A DNA stretch of 63,301 bases, filler included, from Hyphochytrium catenoides (GCA_900088475.1; 10 parts of 10 records of this genome joined end to end with filler, not necessarily neighbours in it); one strand, 5' to 3'; numbered from the whole stretch's first letter, positions 1 through 15,258 are shown. Made by a program: numbers and translations. The notes: a model not told the origin generated them from the letters alone.

Positions 1-2406
1 GCTTCTCAGAACTCTTACGTGACGGCAGAGTTCCAAAATGGTATAGCTTGTCAGACTGTGATCCGCGCTTTTGGGATCTTCTTGCCCTGGGTGGAGAGGT
101 TCGATGTGCATTGTGGCAGGCTGCGTAACGCCTCCATTTCCTCTCAGTACTGGGCTACCGTGGTGCAGGTGTACATCAGCGGCTCCATGTACTTCTACAC
201 GATGCTGCAGATCTCTGCTGTCTTCTACGTGGCGTTCAACTCTCCATCCACCATCTCAAAGGGTACAGTCACTTCTCTCATTGCCCTTTATATCAACCTT
301 GCAACCCCTGTGGTTACTTTGGGTGGCTTTATGCGCTGGGCCATTGGAAATGCGGGAAGTCTTCAGCGTCTAGATGAAGTTCTGCTGACTCTGTCTGGCA
401 CTAGTGGACCCGATGATGCGGATAAAGACTCGATGAAGCCGCCTCTAAGACCGATGACTGACTCTCTTGAGATTGAAAATCTGCACTTCCGCTACCATCC
501 TGCCATGGTGACGCCGACACTGAATAACGTCTCAATGAAATTCCCTAAGGTGAGCGGGTCCCACCTCATCGACCTTATGCTATAGAAATATCTGACTCTT
601 CTCCCTCTTAACACTCTATTGTCTATTAGGGCTCCTACACCTGTATCTGTGGGACGAGCGGCAGCGGAAAGTCCACCGTTGTCTCGCTTCTTCTAGGCTT
701 CTACAGCCCAGAGGCTGGCGCCATAAGAATTGATAGTCAGGACATCTACCAGTGCCAGCGGAAGAGCTATATGAACACCTTGTCTGTCGTGTTCCAGGAT
801 ATCATGATTCTTAACGGGACTATCATGGATAATATCCGCTACGGATGCGTGGTAGCGACGGATGAGCAGGTGGGGAAGTGAACGAGCTGGAAGAGGAAGA
901 CTGCGCCTGCTACATTTATGCCTTTGCTAGGCTTCAACGCTAACATAGCTCTGAATCGCCTCGCTCTTGATGCCTCTCCCTCCCTCAGTGCATGGAAGCA
1001 GCTCGATTAGCGGAGATCGATGACTTCATCCAGAGCCTGCCTGAGGGCTATGATACTATTGTGGGCCAGCACTCGTTAATCAACCTCAGCGGTGGACAAG
1101 CCCAGAGAGTCTGCATCGCTAGAGCACTCGTGAGACGTCCGCAGATCCTACTATTGGACGAGGTAACCTATAAGCTGAAAGCGGCATCAAGTACTCCCGC
1201 CGGTATAAGCCTTGGCACCATAATTGACAGAAGTGTTTCTTCCTGATTGCAGGGAACGAGCGCTCTGGATCCCGAGACAGAGTCGTCCATCGTAAAGACA
1301 ATAGAGAAGCTGGCGAAGCTAGAGAAGCTGACAGTGATCTCGGTATGCAGACAGTCTCTGTCTTCCTTTGCTGTTCCACCATACTCTTTCTCTCTCCTTC
1401 TCTATTCTTTATCTTCTCGCTATCTCTCTCTGTCTATCGTTCCTCTTCCTGCTGTCTATCAAGCCAGTGCCTCTAACCCTCGATATCAGGTTACACATCG
1501 ATTCCAGACTACCGTCAATGCTGACAAGATCTACATGCTACAAGCTGGGCAAGTGGTGGAGGAAGGAACATACAGAGAGTTGACAGAGAAGAAGGACGGC
1601 CTCTTTGCAGAGATGGCATCTCTGCAGGAGAGAGGAGTGTACGAACCCTACACGCGAGACTCGGTCAACAGCAACAGCTTCTATGGCAACCAGACGAACC
1701 TGTCAGACAGAGCAGCTCTTGGAATGTTCCAGCAGCGGTTAAGGCATATGAACTCTATTCGAGGAAGGAATGCGTCTCATCCGGATCTGATGGATGGTAA
1801 GACTAGCATATCCCAAGCCTAAATCTTCGTGTTTGTCACTCCACTGGGTTGTCCCCCGACGCACTCTGTTAGCCCTCTCACACTCTATTCCGTGACATTT
1901 TTTATTGGGGTTTCTAGCTAGCTTAGCCATGCCCTCTCTGCCTTTCCCCTTTATCGCTCTTGAGAAGCTGCGCTGCTAAGTCTCATCCATTCACCCTTTC
2001 TCTCTCTCTCTCCCTCCCGCCCTCCGTCCCTCCCTCTTTCTCTTCTTACTTGGCCGCTCCCTTTGCAGACAACCTCTCCTACGTCATGTACGACGGAGTC
2101 TCCCCCAACCAGCCACACATGACCAACTTCGTTCCTCCGGATCAGTCGTTCGCCTCTCTCTACGGCGTGCAGGTTCCTCCCTACGAGCTCTATCGGAACG
2201 AGGGCCATAATGCCTCGATGATAGGCCTCAACAGAGCAAACTCATCGTTTAATAACAGCAGACCCGGTGCAGCAGTGGCCAATTCATTCCTGAATAGAGG
2301 CAACGCGAACTCATCATTTATTGGGCGGAGGCATGCAGGAACAAACGGCTCATTCAACAACCAGAATGGCTCGTTTGCAGGCGCTACGACGAGCTTCAAG
2401 CAGTGA
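1..2406 (+). CDS. ABC transporter, ABCB-like (end of TMD + NBD + low-complexity C-tail), 5'-truncated, 6 exons
   Basis: Exons ~<1-549, 630-869, 989-1162, 1252-1342, 1490-1796 and 2070-2406 with GT-AG introns. Walker [11 protein letters not shown]-loop VVFQD, signature LSGGQ, Walker B/D-loop ILLLDE-GTSALD, H-loop VTHR. Confidence 0.9.
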
Positions 2407-3169
2407 GAAGAGAAGAAAGACAAGTCTAGAGGGGAGCGAAAGTGGGGAAGCAATTCTCTTTATAGATTTTCTCAAGACATCTGATGACTGCAAAGGCGGT
2501 GGCAGTAGACCTCCATGTCTCTCTCTCTGTCTCACAGATTCTCTTCTCTCTTTCCCCTTGTGCGTGTTCTTCCAGAATATACTCTGTCGACTGGGCCTGA
2601 CTAGTAGGCTCTTATTATTAGGCTATTAACTATCTCTATTAACGTATTCACAGGTTTCCTTGTACGCTCCCGTCCGCCTGGATGAACTGTCACTATGATC
2701 TCATAGAGTAGACCTCTGTCATCCATCGCAGTCTCTTACTCTTCCTTCTCTTCCTCCTGCTTCAAGAATCTGCTACACGCCAAAAAGCTACCTTGCTTGA
2801 GCGGCTTGTGCTCGCGAAGATAAGACTATAACTCGCCATAAGAAGGGACAAGAGGCCGGCTGCTGTCTGTCTCCATCGCTGCTGATCTCTGCATGCACGC
2901 GGCGGCGACTGTGATGATCTGCAGACTTCACAGTCAGAGGGGAAAACCCAGTGAAACTCTGTCTGTTGGCAGAGCTTTCGTTTGAGCTTGGTTTGTCTCG
3001 GGTCAATTTTGACTCGGGCCTAGCTGAGACAAAGGAAAAGGGTATTATAAGGCAGAGATAGCTGTTTACTCGGGTTAGAGACTCGGGTCTTTAGCTTGGG
3101 TTAGGGTAGTGTGGTCAATAAATCTTTGCGGTGGATGGAGGATGGAGGTGGAAGTCCCTGAATCTATGG

Positions 3170-3171
<2 letters not shown>

Positions 3172-3231
<60 letters not shown>

Positions 3232-3290
3232 CTCTCTCTCTCTGTCGCTCTCTCTGTCTGTGTCTCTCTTTCTCTCCTTTCGTTCTCTCC
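3172..3290. repeat. (CT)n microsatellite, representative of dozens of CT/GA tracts across the window
   Basis: Long pure and degenerate (CT)n/(GA)n runs in most long introns and intergenic regions; the four internal N gaps (4059, 11673, 15777, 39242) all fall in or beside such runs. Confidence 0.95.
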
Positions 3291-3627
3291 CTCAAAAAAC
3301 TCTCATCCTCCTTACTCTTTCTCTCCTCTGTCTTTCTCTGCCCTTTGTCTCTACGGCTTTCTTTCCCTTCCTTTGTTTGTCTCTCGATCTCTCGATCTGT
3401 CTGTCCTGCCCTGACTTCCCTCCTCACTGTCTCACTGTCTCGTGCTCTCTTTCCTCTTCTCCTTTCTGGCCTCCCTGCACCATCTGGCTACCTCCAGTCC
3501 GTTCTTTCCTTCTATCTTTCCTCCTCGCGATAGGCAGCAGATCTTGTCCTCCTGACAGGACCGCCTCACACTGATCTTTGTATACGAAAGAGACTCAACG
3601 CTCTGCGAGACAGAGCAGCAGAACGCG

Positions 3628-4830
3628 ATGGAGAGCCAAGAAGCCCAGGCCCGTGCGGCTGTCGCTTCGACGGAAGGAGAAGGCGCCGCCACTAAGAGCA
3701 AGAACCAGCTTAAGAAGGAAAAGAAGCTAGCAGAAGCGGCGGCAAAGAAAGCCAACAAGCAAAGCGCAGCGACGGAGCAAGGCAAAGCTGATAAACAGAA
3801 GCCTGACGGAGAGAAGAGGCAGCAGAAACAGTCAGGAGGAAAGCAGAGCCAGCAGCAACAGCCGAAGAAGAAGGGAAGTGGAGAGAATAGAGCGGACAAG
3901 CAGCCTGAGGAGGCGCCTGAGGAAGGCAAGCAACAGAAAGAGGAGAATTTTCTCCTGCAGCAGTCAAAGTTCTATCATATCTACCAGCAGAGCTCAGGAG
4001 GGTCTTCTCAGGTAACGAGGGGACTCTCTCTCTCTCTCTCTCTCCCTCTCTCTCTCTCNNNNNNNNNNNNNNNNNNNNNNNNNNNNNNNNNNNCTCTCTC
4101 TCTCTCTCTCTTCCTCTCTCTCTCTCTCCTCTTGTGGCATGATTGATCTTGCGCACCTCCTTCTACTTCATCTCCTACATTCGTCTCAACGTCTATTTCT
4201 CAGTTCTAGGGCTTCGGTAACTCTCGACAAAGCTCTTAGCTTTCTCTCTCTCGCGCTCGCTCTCTCGCTCTCTTGTCTTCTCTCTTTCTCTCTCTCTCTC
4301 TGTCTTCTCTCTCTCACCCTTTCTCTCTCTCTTCTTCCCCGGCCCCTGCTTTCTCTCTCTCGTACTTCTGTCCCGCTGTCCGCGCATGTGTACTCTCTGC
4401 CTGTCGCTCTTACCGCGTCTGCCTCCTCTTCTAGGTGGTCACGCCTTGGGAAGTAGAAGCGGATGGTGCTGTGGACTATGAGAAGCTCATTCAACAGTTT
4501 GGCTGCTCGCACATCGACAGGCAGCTCATTGAGAGGCTGGAGAAAGTGACAGGAAAGCGTGCGCACCGCTGGATCAGAAGAGGCCTCGTCTTCTCTCACA
4601 GGGACTTGGAGAAGATTCTTGATGCCCATGAAAGGGGAGAGAAGTTCTTCCTCTACACAGGCAGAGGACCATCCTCTGAGAATCTTCACCTGGGTCATCT
4701 GGTGCCTTTCACATTCACGAAGTGGCTTCAAGATGCCTTCAATGTGAGAGCAAGAGGATGGGTGTGGAGGCCCTGTTTTACTTCTGTTGAGGCTCCTCCC
4801 TCGTTCACTCCTTTGGTTTCTCTCTCTCCC

Positions 4831-4896
<66 letters not shown>

Positions 4897-5306
4897 CCCG
4901 CCCCCCTCTCTCTCTCCTTCGTTCTGCATTCAATTCTTAATATTTCTATTCTCCTTCATCCTATCTTCGGAGTTCGTAGAGTTCCACTGCCGTTGGACCT
5001 GCTAATCTCTTGCCATTAACTCTCTGTGTGTCCAGGCAGACACCTTGCTCTTGCATTTATCATCCCATCGTCTCATTCTCTGACTCTCTTTCGCTTTTAC
5101 CCTCTCGCAGGCGCCTCTGGTCATCCAACTGACTGACGACGAGAAGTTTCTTTGGAAGGATCTGACACTCGAAGAGTGCCATCGGCTGGGCTATGAGAAC
5201 GCCAAGGACATCATCGCCTGCGGCTTTGATCCCAAGAAGACCTTTATTTTCAGCGACTTGGTATGCATTTTGGATGACGGCCAGAGAGAGAGAGAGACAG
5301 GGAGAC

Positions 5307-5344
<38 letters not shown>

Positions 5345-6669
5345 GGAGGGAAGAAGAAAGAGAGAGATAACTAGAGAAGTTGCAAATAGCAGCATGAAGA
5401 CGCAGCAGACCTACATTTCTCTCGTTTATCATGATAGGCCACCGTCCGTTTCCCTCCTCTCTTTGCTGTGCCTCTGGTGTGGCCCCAAAATTTCTCACTC
5501 TTACCATTCTCCTAGGAATATATGCCGCAGATGTATCACAATGTCCTCAGAATCCAGAAGTGTGTCACTTACAACCAGGCAAAGGGAATCTTCGGCTTCT
5601 CTGGAACCAACAACATTGGCCAGGCCGCCTTTCCAGCAGTCCAGGCCGCGCCTTCCTTTGCTTCTTCCTTTCCGGTGGTGCTAGGAGGAGGAAAGAAAGA
5701 CTGGGAGAAGACCAAGGAGGCAAAGAATATGCTTTGCCTCATCCCGCAGGTATGCCAATAATGACGGGGAAAGAGGGAAAGCGCCAATCTGTCGAGTGCT
5801 TAACGGGTGGATGGCCTCTCTCTCTCTCTTTCTCGGACCACAGGCCATTGACCAAGACCCTTACTTCCGCATGACGAGGGACGTCGCTCCTCGTCTTGGC
5901 TGGCAGAAGCCTGCTCTTATCCACTGCAAGTTCTTCCCCGCGCTGCAGGGTCAGCACACGAAGATGAGCGGCTCCATTGGCTCCTCGTCAATCTTCGTGA
6001 CCGACCCTCCTAACGATGTGAAGAACAAAATCAACAAGTTTGCCTTTAGGTAGGAAACGGAAAGAGACGCAAAGCTCTCCACGTACGCCTAAAGAAAAGC
6101 ATGCGCGCGAGAGGGAGAGAGAGAGAGTGAGGCTGTAAGAGAGACATGATCTTTGAGCGAGACAATGAAGGTGACTGCAAGGGGAGAGGTGGATGAATCA
6201 GAGAGGTTATGGAGCCTGAGAGTATCGGCGCCTCACAGCATTCTCAGTCTTCTCCCTACTCGTCTTTGCTTCCTCCCTTCCACCCGCTTTCGTTACACCT
6301 GTTTCCTGCTTTTCTCCCTCCGCAGTGATACCGAGTTCTCCATCTCACTATATTTCCCCCCTCCCGGGGCCTCGTCTCTCTTTCCTTCTCTTCAGTGGTG
6401 GCGGAGAGACTCTCGAAGAGCACCGCCGCTATGGTGCCAACCTAGACATTGACGTCCCTTTCCAATATCTAAAGTTCCTCCTGGAGGATGACGCGCAGCT
6501 TGCAAAGATAGAAGAGGAGTACAAAGAAGGCAAGATGCTCAGTGGAGAGGTGAAGAAAGTGCTCATTGGAGTGGTCCAGGAGCTGCTGGCAGCTCAACAA
6601 GAGAGGAGAAAGAACGTGACGGACGACATGGTCAAGGAGTTCATGAAAGTTAGACCGCTGGAGTACTAA
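3628..6669 (+). CDS. WARS1: Tryptophanyl-tRNA synthetase, cytosolic (eukaryote/archaeal type), 6 exons
   Basis: Exons ~3628-4011, 4435-4743, 5111-5261, 5516-5749, 5844-6049 and 6396-6669. Motifs [19 protein letters not shown] (HIGH), [21 protein letters not shown]. Confidence 0.96.
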
Positions 6670-7065
6670 GATTGCAAGAAGAGAGGTAGAGAGAGAAAAG
6701 AGGTAGATGGTGACCTGTGAGAGAGAGAAAGAAAGAGATAGTTTTCATGGACGAACAGGCAGTGTTCCTTCATTCCTCAATAAACCTAATTAACCAAGGG
6801 AGAAAGAGAGCCGTTGTATGGCTTCACGGTCACTCTCCTGGTTTCCATCCTATCCTATTGGGCTCATCCTTCGTCTCTCTCTCGCCCGAACAAAGCGTCG
6901 CTGCTATTTTTCATGATTCGGGAGCAGGGTGTTCTAGCAGTGCTCTCGTTCGTTTATTCATCAGTACTTACGGCACTACTGAGAAGGGCGGGCAAAGTTC
7001 TTCCTCATGGCGCTCATCTTTCTCTGGCTGCGCTGTACATTGTCTCTTAGACTGGGTACCTTGGC

Positions 7066-9499
<2,434 letters not shown>

Positions 9500-9512
9500 C
9501 TATATTCCGTCG

Positions 9513-9612
9513 NNNNNNNNNNNNNNNNNNNNNNNNNNNNNNNNNNNNNNNNNNNNTTAATTAATTAANNNNNNNNNNNNNNNNNNNNNNNNNNNNNNNN
9601 NNNNNNNNNNNN
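9513..9612. other. Artificial contig linker N44-TTAATTAATTAA-N44 (stops in all six frames)
   Basis: Identical 100-nt linkers also at 19506-19605, 22384-22483, 24841-24940, 28259-28358, 49186-49285, 52890-52989, 58900-58999 and 60845-60944. Confidence 0.97.
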
Positions 9613-11635
9613 ACCGTACTGTGGACGGAATATACAGCTTTTACACCAGATCAGCCTGTAGGAATTTGAAGAAAAGCTATATGTTTTCCCTCTCTCTCCT
9701 TCTCTCTCTCTCTCTCTTTCTCTCTTTCTTCTCATGCATCGTTTTCAGCTGTCTTGCCCCTCAAAAACCTCCTCTGAAGGCTTATTTACTACATCAAAGG
9801 ATGATGCACGCTGGTGACAATCTTCCTCTTTCCTCCATTTTGGCTATGTGCAACTGCAGCACGTGCCCGTCATAGCTAGCCGCTACTTGGTTCTCTCTCT
9901 CTTGGACAGTGGGCTGCACATCTTTCTCTCTCTCCTCTTCCCATCTGGATCCAGGAACCTCTCTCTCTCTCTCTCTCTCTCTCTGCCTCTCATTTGCCAA
10001 CCGGCTCCTTCCGCTGTCGTCCCTCCTGACCCTTCCGCGTCCTGCAAGCGTAAAGCACTCTTGGGTCTTTTGTACACCAAGAGTGCAACACAGTTCAGAT
10101 GCCTCTCTGGGCTCCATTTTCCTTCACCGACTTCTTTCTCTTTCTCTCTTTCTCTCCCTCTCTCTGTCTCTTTCCTTGTTATGTCTCAATCCTCCTGCAG
10201 GATCTCCGTTTCCCTCTTTGTTCATGGGTTCTTTGTACCAGGCTTGAGAGCCATCGCTCTCCGGGATTATCTTCTTTCTTTAGCTCTCTCTCTCTCTTTC
10301 TCCTCCTTCTCTCTCTCTCTTCTCTCTCTCTCTCATTCTCTCTCTCTCTCCATCTCTTGTCATGCTCCTACATAAAGCAGTTCCAGTGCTGCACCTCCAT
10401 AGACCCAACTTTGGATCCTGCAATTTTCTGTCCCCCATAGATTAACCACCGGAACACCAACCTTTAACTCACTAACAGCATTCTTCCTTGAGTTACCTCT
10501 TAGATTACCCTCCCCTGGCAGAAGATTGGTGATGAGATAGTGAGGGAGAGGAGCCAAAGCAAGAGAGAATACTGACAGCGGAAGAGTAACCGAGAGATAG
10601 CCACCCATTGGGAAAACACGTACAAGTTTCACAGGGAATCAAGACAGAGTCCGACGACATAGGACGCAGTTAGACAGAGTGGCCAGGGTAGGAGAGAGAG
10701 AGTCCTTTCATTCAACTTTTTTTCCACCTTCTGTGGCTTGTCGCGTACTTCAACTCCATTCATAGCTCGCTGGATTCTCTCTTCTTCCTCCAAGAGGAAT
10801 AAAGGAAAGAGAGAGAGACAATAAGCCAGAGTTGCCAAATGAGGAAGGGGAAGAAGAGAAAGAGATGAGTGGTCAGGTGCGGCAGATATCGTAATAGATA
10901 GAGAAAGAGGGAGAGCAAGAGCGCGAGAGAGAGAGAGAGAGAAAGAGAGAGAAAGAGAAAGAGAAGAAGAGAGAGAGAGAGAGAGAGAAAGAAAGAGGGA
11001 AACTAAGAGAAAGAGATAGGTCGCAACGGTAACTGCTTAGAAAACACAAAGGAAAGGGGCCAGGCGGCTAATGTTAGGGTCAAATGCTTGACGAAAGATA
11101 TATAAAGTGAATCTTATTATTCTTAGAGTATCCAAAAGGTAAACACTCTGATTGAAAGGGCTAATGTATTTGTTTCATTTCCTCAACTCTCCAAGGTTTC
11201 GGAAATTTATGGGCTTCAGGAATTTACCGGCGAAGGCTCAGGATATTCCCGATCCTTCAGTTTTCATTACTTGTGAAACGGTACTCCTCACAAGTAAACT
11301 ATTTTTGATATGAGGGATTTATTACATAATATCAACAGGCTTTCCTTCATTATTCTCGATCTATGGCGTAAGCAGTGTGGCTGGGGTGGCGTTGTTTATG
11401 GCTGAGACGGGCCAGATGCGAAAGTTCTATGGCCAAGACCTAAGAATTGGGGCGGCAGCTAGACAGAGAGAGAGAGACAAGATAGAGGATGGAGAGAAAA
11501 CAGAGAGACAGATAGGGAGAAAGAGAAAGAGAAAAAGAGAGAGAAGAGAGAAAAGAGGAGGAGAGAGAAAAGGAGAAGGAGGTAAAGAGAGAGAGATATA
11601 ACGAGAGAGAGAGAGATAAAGAGATAGAGAGAGAT

Positions 11636-11672
<37 letters not shown>

Positions 11673-13143
11673 NNNNNNNNNNNNNNNNNNNNNNNNNNNN
11701 NNNNNNNNNNNNNNGAGTGAGAGAGAGAGAGAGAGAGAGAAAGAGAGTTATTTCTTTCAGCTGGAAGGCAGATAAAAACAAGAATCTAACCGCTTTGGGG
11801 GCTGTCGCATTCTTCCAACACAAACAGTCACTGTCCTATCGTCCACCACGCGTCTCATCTCTCTTCTCACTCTGTCTCACATCCAGCGCTGTAGCTATGA
11901 CTATAGATAGGCATGGACGGGAGGAAGTAAACCTAGCGTACCTCTGTCTTTTTGCTGCACAGTTGAGCTTACAGAGCCCTCAGTTCTTTCTCTGCCTCTC
12001 TCTCTCGCTTGCACCACTCTCTCTCTCTCCTATCATCTTCAAGCGTCAACATGCATCAGTCAGTGGACGTGCTTAGTGACGAGGGGAGACAGGACAAGAG
12101 AAGAGAGAGAGAGTGAGAAGAAAGAGAGTGAGGAAAGAGAACTGTGTTGGAAGAACGACTCTTTCTTCCGCGTCAGTCCGCAGTCTCTCTCACTCCCGGC
12201 CTCTCTCCTCTTGTCTCTCTTTCTCTCTCTCTCATTTCTCGTGTCCTGCTCGCTGTCCGTCCCTTCTCTTGTGCCCCATACCTTTTACGGCCAGCGTGCA
12301 GCAGCCAAGAGGGAGAGAGAGAAAGAAGATGGTCGCGGACATGACTTGTTAACTGATAAGCAAAGGACCCCTCTCTCTCTCTCTCTTCTCTGTCTTGTTC
12401 CCCAGAACGTTTGTGCTCTCTCCTCTCTCCGCTTCCGCTAACTCTTCTGTCTCTCTCCCGTTCCCGCAAACCAACCGCTGCCAGGGCTACCCTTCAAGCC
12501 TTTTTTACAATAATGTCCTGGATACAAGCGCGCTCTCTCTCTCTTCTCTCTCTCTCTCTCTCTCTCTCCGCTCCCTCCTCTAACCCTTGAGCCAAGGCTG
12601 GCATTCACCATCCTTAACATCTCGCCTTCTAGCGCCGCAAGTCATCTCTTTTCTCTTCTCTTTTCCTCCGTCTTTCCCTCTCTTCTTCCTGCGCCTCATC
12701 GCCATTTGACAGCTTAAACTAGCGCTTGCAATTCACCTGTGAGATGAGTAGTCAAGGTCAGGAGATAGAGAGACAGATGCATCTTTGTCAGCAGGAGCTT
12801 TCTCTGTGAACTCTGGCTGCTTTTCTTCTTGAGGAGAACTCTCCTTTCATCAAAGTTTCGGTCTCTCTCTCTCTCTCGTTTCGTCTCTGTCTCACTCTCT
12901 TTCTCTCCTCTTCCCTATTCCCGCGTTTCCGTTTCTTTCTATGTTAAGCAGGAGACATCTCTAGGGATATCCATTGTCCTCAATCTCCTGTCCTTGGGTC
13001 AGAAACCTATCTCTCTCTCTCTCTCTATATATATATATCTCTTCTCTCTCTCGCTCGCTTGTATCTCTCACGAAGTCTCTCTTCTCTCTCCTCTTTGTCC
13101 CACCGTCTCTTCTCTTCAGGTTATCAATAAAGAGCCAGAGAAG

Positions 13144-14475
13144 ATGGGTCCTGAGAGACGACAGACAAGCCATTCAATGATGAATGGAAATTCTTTCTCT
13201 TCAAACGCGCACTCCTCTTTCTCTCTCTCTTCTTCTTTCTGTCCCTCCCTCCCCTACGCCACAAGACTCTCCTCTCCTGCTCCTTCTCCGCCCTACTACT
13301 CTCTAGGGGAGCAGAGAGGACGTCTGCTTTGGAGAGAGAAAGTCGCCGAGGAAGAGGCAAACTCTTTCTCTCTCCCTTTCGGAAGAAAGAGAAAGAAGCA
13401 GCATGGTGCAGAGTTTCAATCTCTGTTGCCGTCTGCTGCTTCTCTCCAAGATCTAAGCACTTACCACGCTCCTCCTCCTTCTCTCCCTTCGTCCCTGAGA
13501 AGAGAGAGAAACAGAGGGAGAGAGAGAGGACATGACGAAGATCGGGAATATACCTATCTCTCTTCTTCTGGCCCCACCTCTTCCGAGAGAGGAGAAGAGA
13601 GAGAAGACTCTCCCTCTCTCACGGAAGGACAAACAACAATGGGAACATTTTCTTCTTCTTCCTCTTCCTCTCGTGGAGGAGAAAAGACGGGGAGAGGAAA
13701 TGAAGAAGAAGAGAGAGAACCCTCTCCTCTCTCCTCTTCTTCATCCTCTTCCTCTCTCTCCTGGAGTCGAAAAGTGCCGCCTGCGCCGTTTCTCCCGCCC
13801 AAGAGACATGCTCATCCGGAAGTAACGGCCCAGATACCAAATGTACATTTAGATAGTCCGAAAGTAAAAAAGCAGAAGGCGCCAAAGCCTGCCAACTCTG
13901 AAGGAAACCCTACATCTGCCGAATTTAGGCGGTTCTTAAGCAAGATTTGCAAAGTGGACGGCTGTCAGAAGAAAGCCAAGGTCAAAGGCGTCTGTGTCTC
14001 TCACGGGGCAGTGGTAAAAAGGTGTGAAGTACCGGGATGTACCAAGCAGATTGTGAACTCGGGCCTCTGTGTCGCCCATGGTGCCCGGGTAAAGCGCTGC
14101 AGTGTGAAAAACTGCCCGAAAGTAGCGGTAAATATGGGCTCCTGCATTGCTCACGGGGCAACGGTCAAGCGCTGCTCTTTCCCAGACTGCAAGCGCTATG
14201 CGCAGCTCCGTGGGCGCTGTATAACACACGGCGGAGGGATCAAGCGGCCCTGCACCGTTGGCGGCTGTGAGAGATATGCCAAGAGAGGCGGGAAGTGTCT
14301 CCAGCATTCGAAGAGCAGTGGGGAGAAGAGAGAGGAGATGAAGGAGGACAAGGGAGGAGACGAAGGAGGAGGCGAAGAACAAGGGAGGAGAAAGCTAGAT
14401 GGAGGTACAGCTGGCGGCAAGAAGGGAAATGGAAGAGCTGGTCCCAAGGCGACTACCGTCGGGACGAAGCAGTAA
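13144..14475 (+). CDS. Protein with five tandem C-x4-C-x9-C-x2-H(G) repeats (WRKY19-like zinc-finger repeats) after a Ser/Glu-rich disordered region
   Basis: CKVDGC..CVSHG, CEVPGC..CVAHG, CSVKNC..CIAHG, CSFPDC..CITHG, CTVGGC..CLQH at ~13948-14310. Basic NLS-like RKRKK. An acceptor-like ttcag at ~13119 precedes the likely ATG (~13144), so the start is uncertain. Confidence 0.8.
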   Translation: MGPERRQTSHSMMNGNSFSSNAHSSFSLSSSFCPSLPYATRLSSPAPSPPYYSLGEQRGRLLWREKVAEEEANSFSLPFGRKRKKQHGAEFQSLLPSAASLQDLSTYHAPPPSLPSSLRRERNRGRERGHDEDREYTYLSSSGPTSSERGEEREDSPSLTEGQTTMGTFSSSSSSSRGGEKTGRGNEEEEREPSPLSSSSSSSSLSWSRKVPPAPFLPPKRHAHPEVTAQIPNVHLDSPKVKKQKAPKPANSEGNPTSAEFRRFLSKICKVDGCQKKAKVKGVCVSHGAVVKRCEVPGCTKQIVNSGLCVAHGARVKRCSVKNCPKVAVNMGSCIAHGATVKRCSFPDCKRYAQLRGRCITHGGGIKRPCTVGGCERYAKRGGKCLQHSKSSGEKREEMKEDKGGDEGGGEEQGRRKLDGGTAGGKKGNGRAGPKATTVGTKQ

Positions 14476-15204
14476 GGAGATGGAGAGAGAAAGGAGAAGG
14501 TCTCGGCTTTCTCTCTCTTTCTTCCCGGCTTTCACACCTTCCTTCACTCTTTCTTGTGTGTGAAAGAGAGAGAGAGAGAGCGAAAGAGAGATGGTTCATC
14601 ATCTTCTCGACCCCTCTCAACAGCCAAATAGAGATGCCACAACGATGAACTCTTGCGAGACGATCGGCGATATCACAGGCTATAGAAGCCAGAAGTGAAG
14701 AAAAGAGAGATCAGAGAGTGCACCAGAAGAAGGAACCAAAGCATCGCACAAGAAATGTGGACTATTATTTCATCTTGCGACGGTCTCTCTCCTTACGAAG
14801 CTCTTCCACTTCTATCCTAGCTACATACCGGCTCCTGAGAGAGACCAACGGCCCATGAAGTATAGAAAGGCAAGGCCACCAGCTCGGGGACGAGCTGCTC
14901 CGCAAGGGAAGCTTCACCTCCTCTCCTACTCTCCCTGTCTGTCTCATCGCTATCTTGTTAACTTCCTTTGCCTTGGCGGGCGGGTGAAGAGTGTTTCCTT
15001 TTTACCGCCGCCAACTACCTTCTTAACTCTTGTCTGTTACCCATCCGTGCATAGAACTGCTGCACAAGCGCGATATAGAGGTCTCCCTTTTCTTTCTCTT
15101 CTTTGTAAACTGCGTTGATAGAATATAGATGCATACTTTCTCTCTCTCTGTTCATGTCTTTTGGGGGTTTGCTGAAGAGAAGGGAAAGAGGCGACGGAGA
15201 GAGT

Positions 15205-15258
<54 letters not shown>

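Noticed and set aside
3005-3110. Telomere-like GGGTTAG motifs
   Set aside because: Only two or three scattered imperfect units; no array.
3109-3574. Many ORFs rich in SLSL/ERER (here and throughout the track)
   Set aside because: Translations of (CT)n/(GA)n microsatellites, which lack stop codons; not genes.
9557-9568. Recurring TTAATTAATTAA as a biological motif or repeat array
   Set aside because: Always centred in exactly 44+44 Ns; an assembly linker.
10380-10800. Possible minus-strand exons (EEERIQRAMNGVEVRDKPQK / GRVI*)
   Set aside because: Could not build a consistent gene model or recognise a family.
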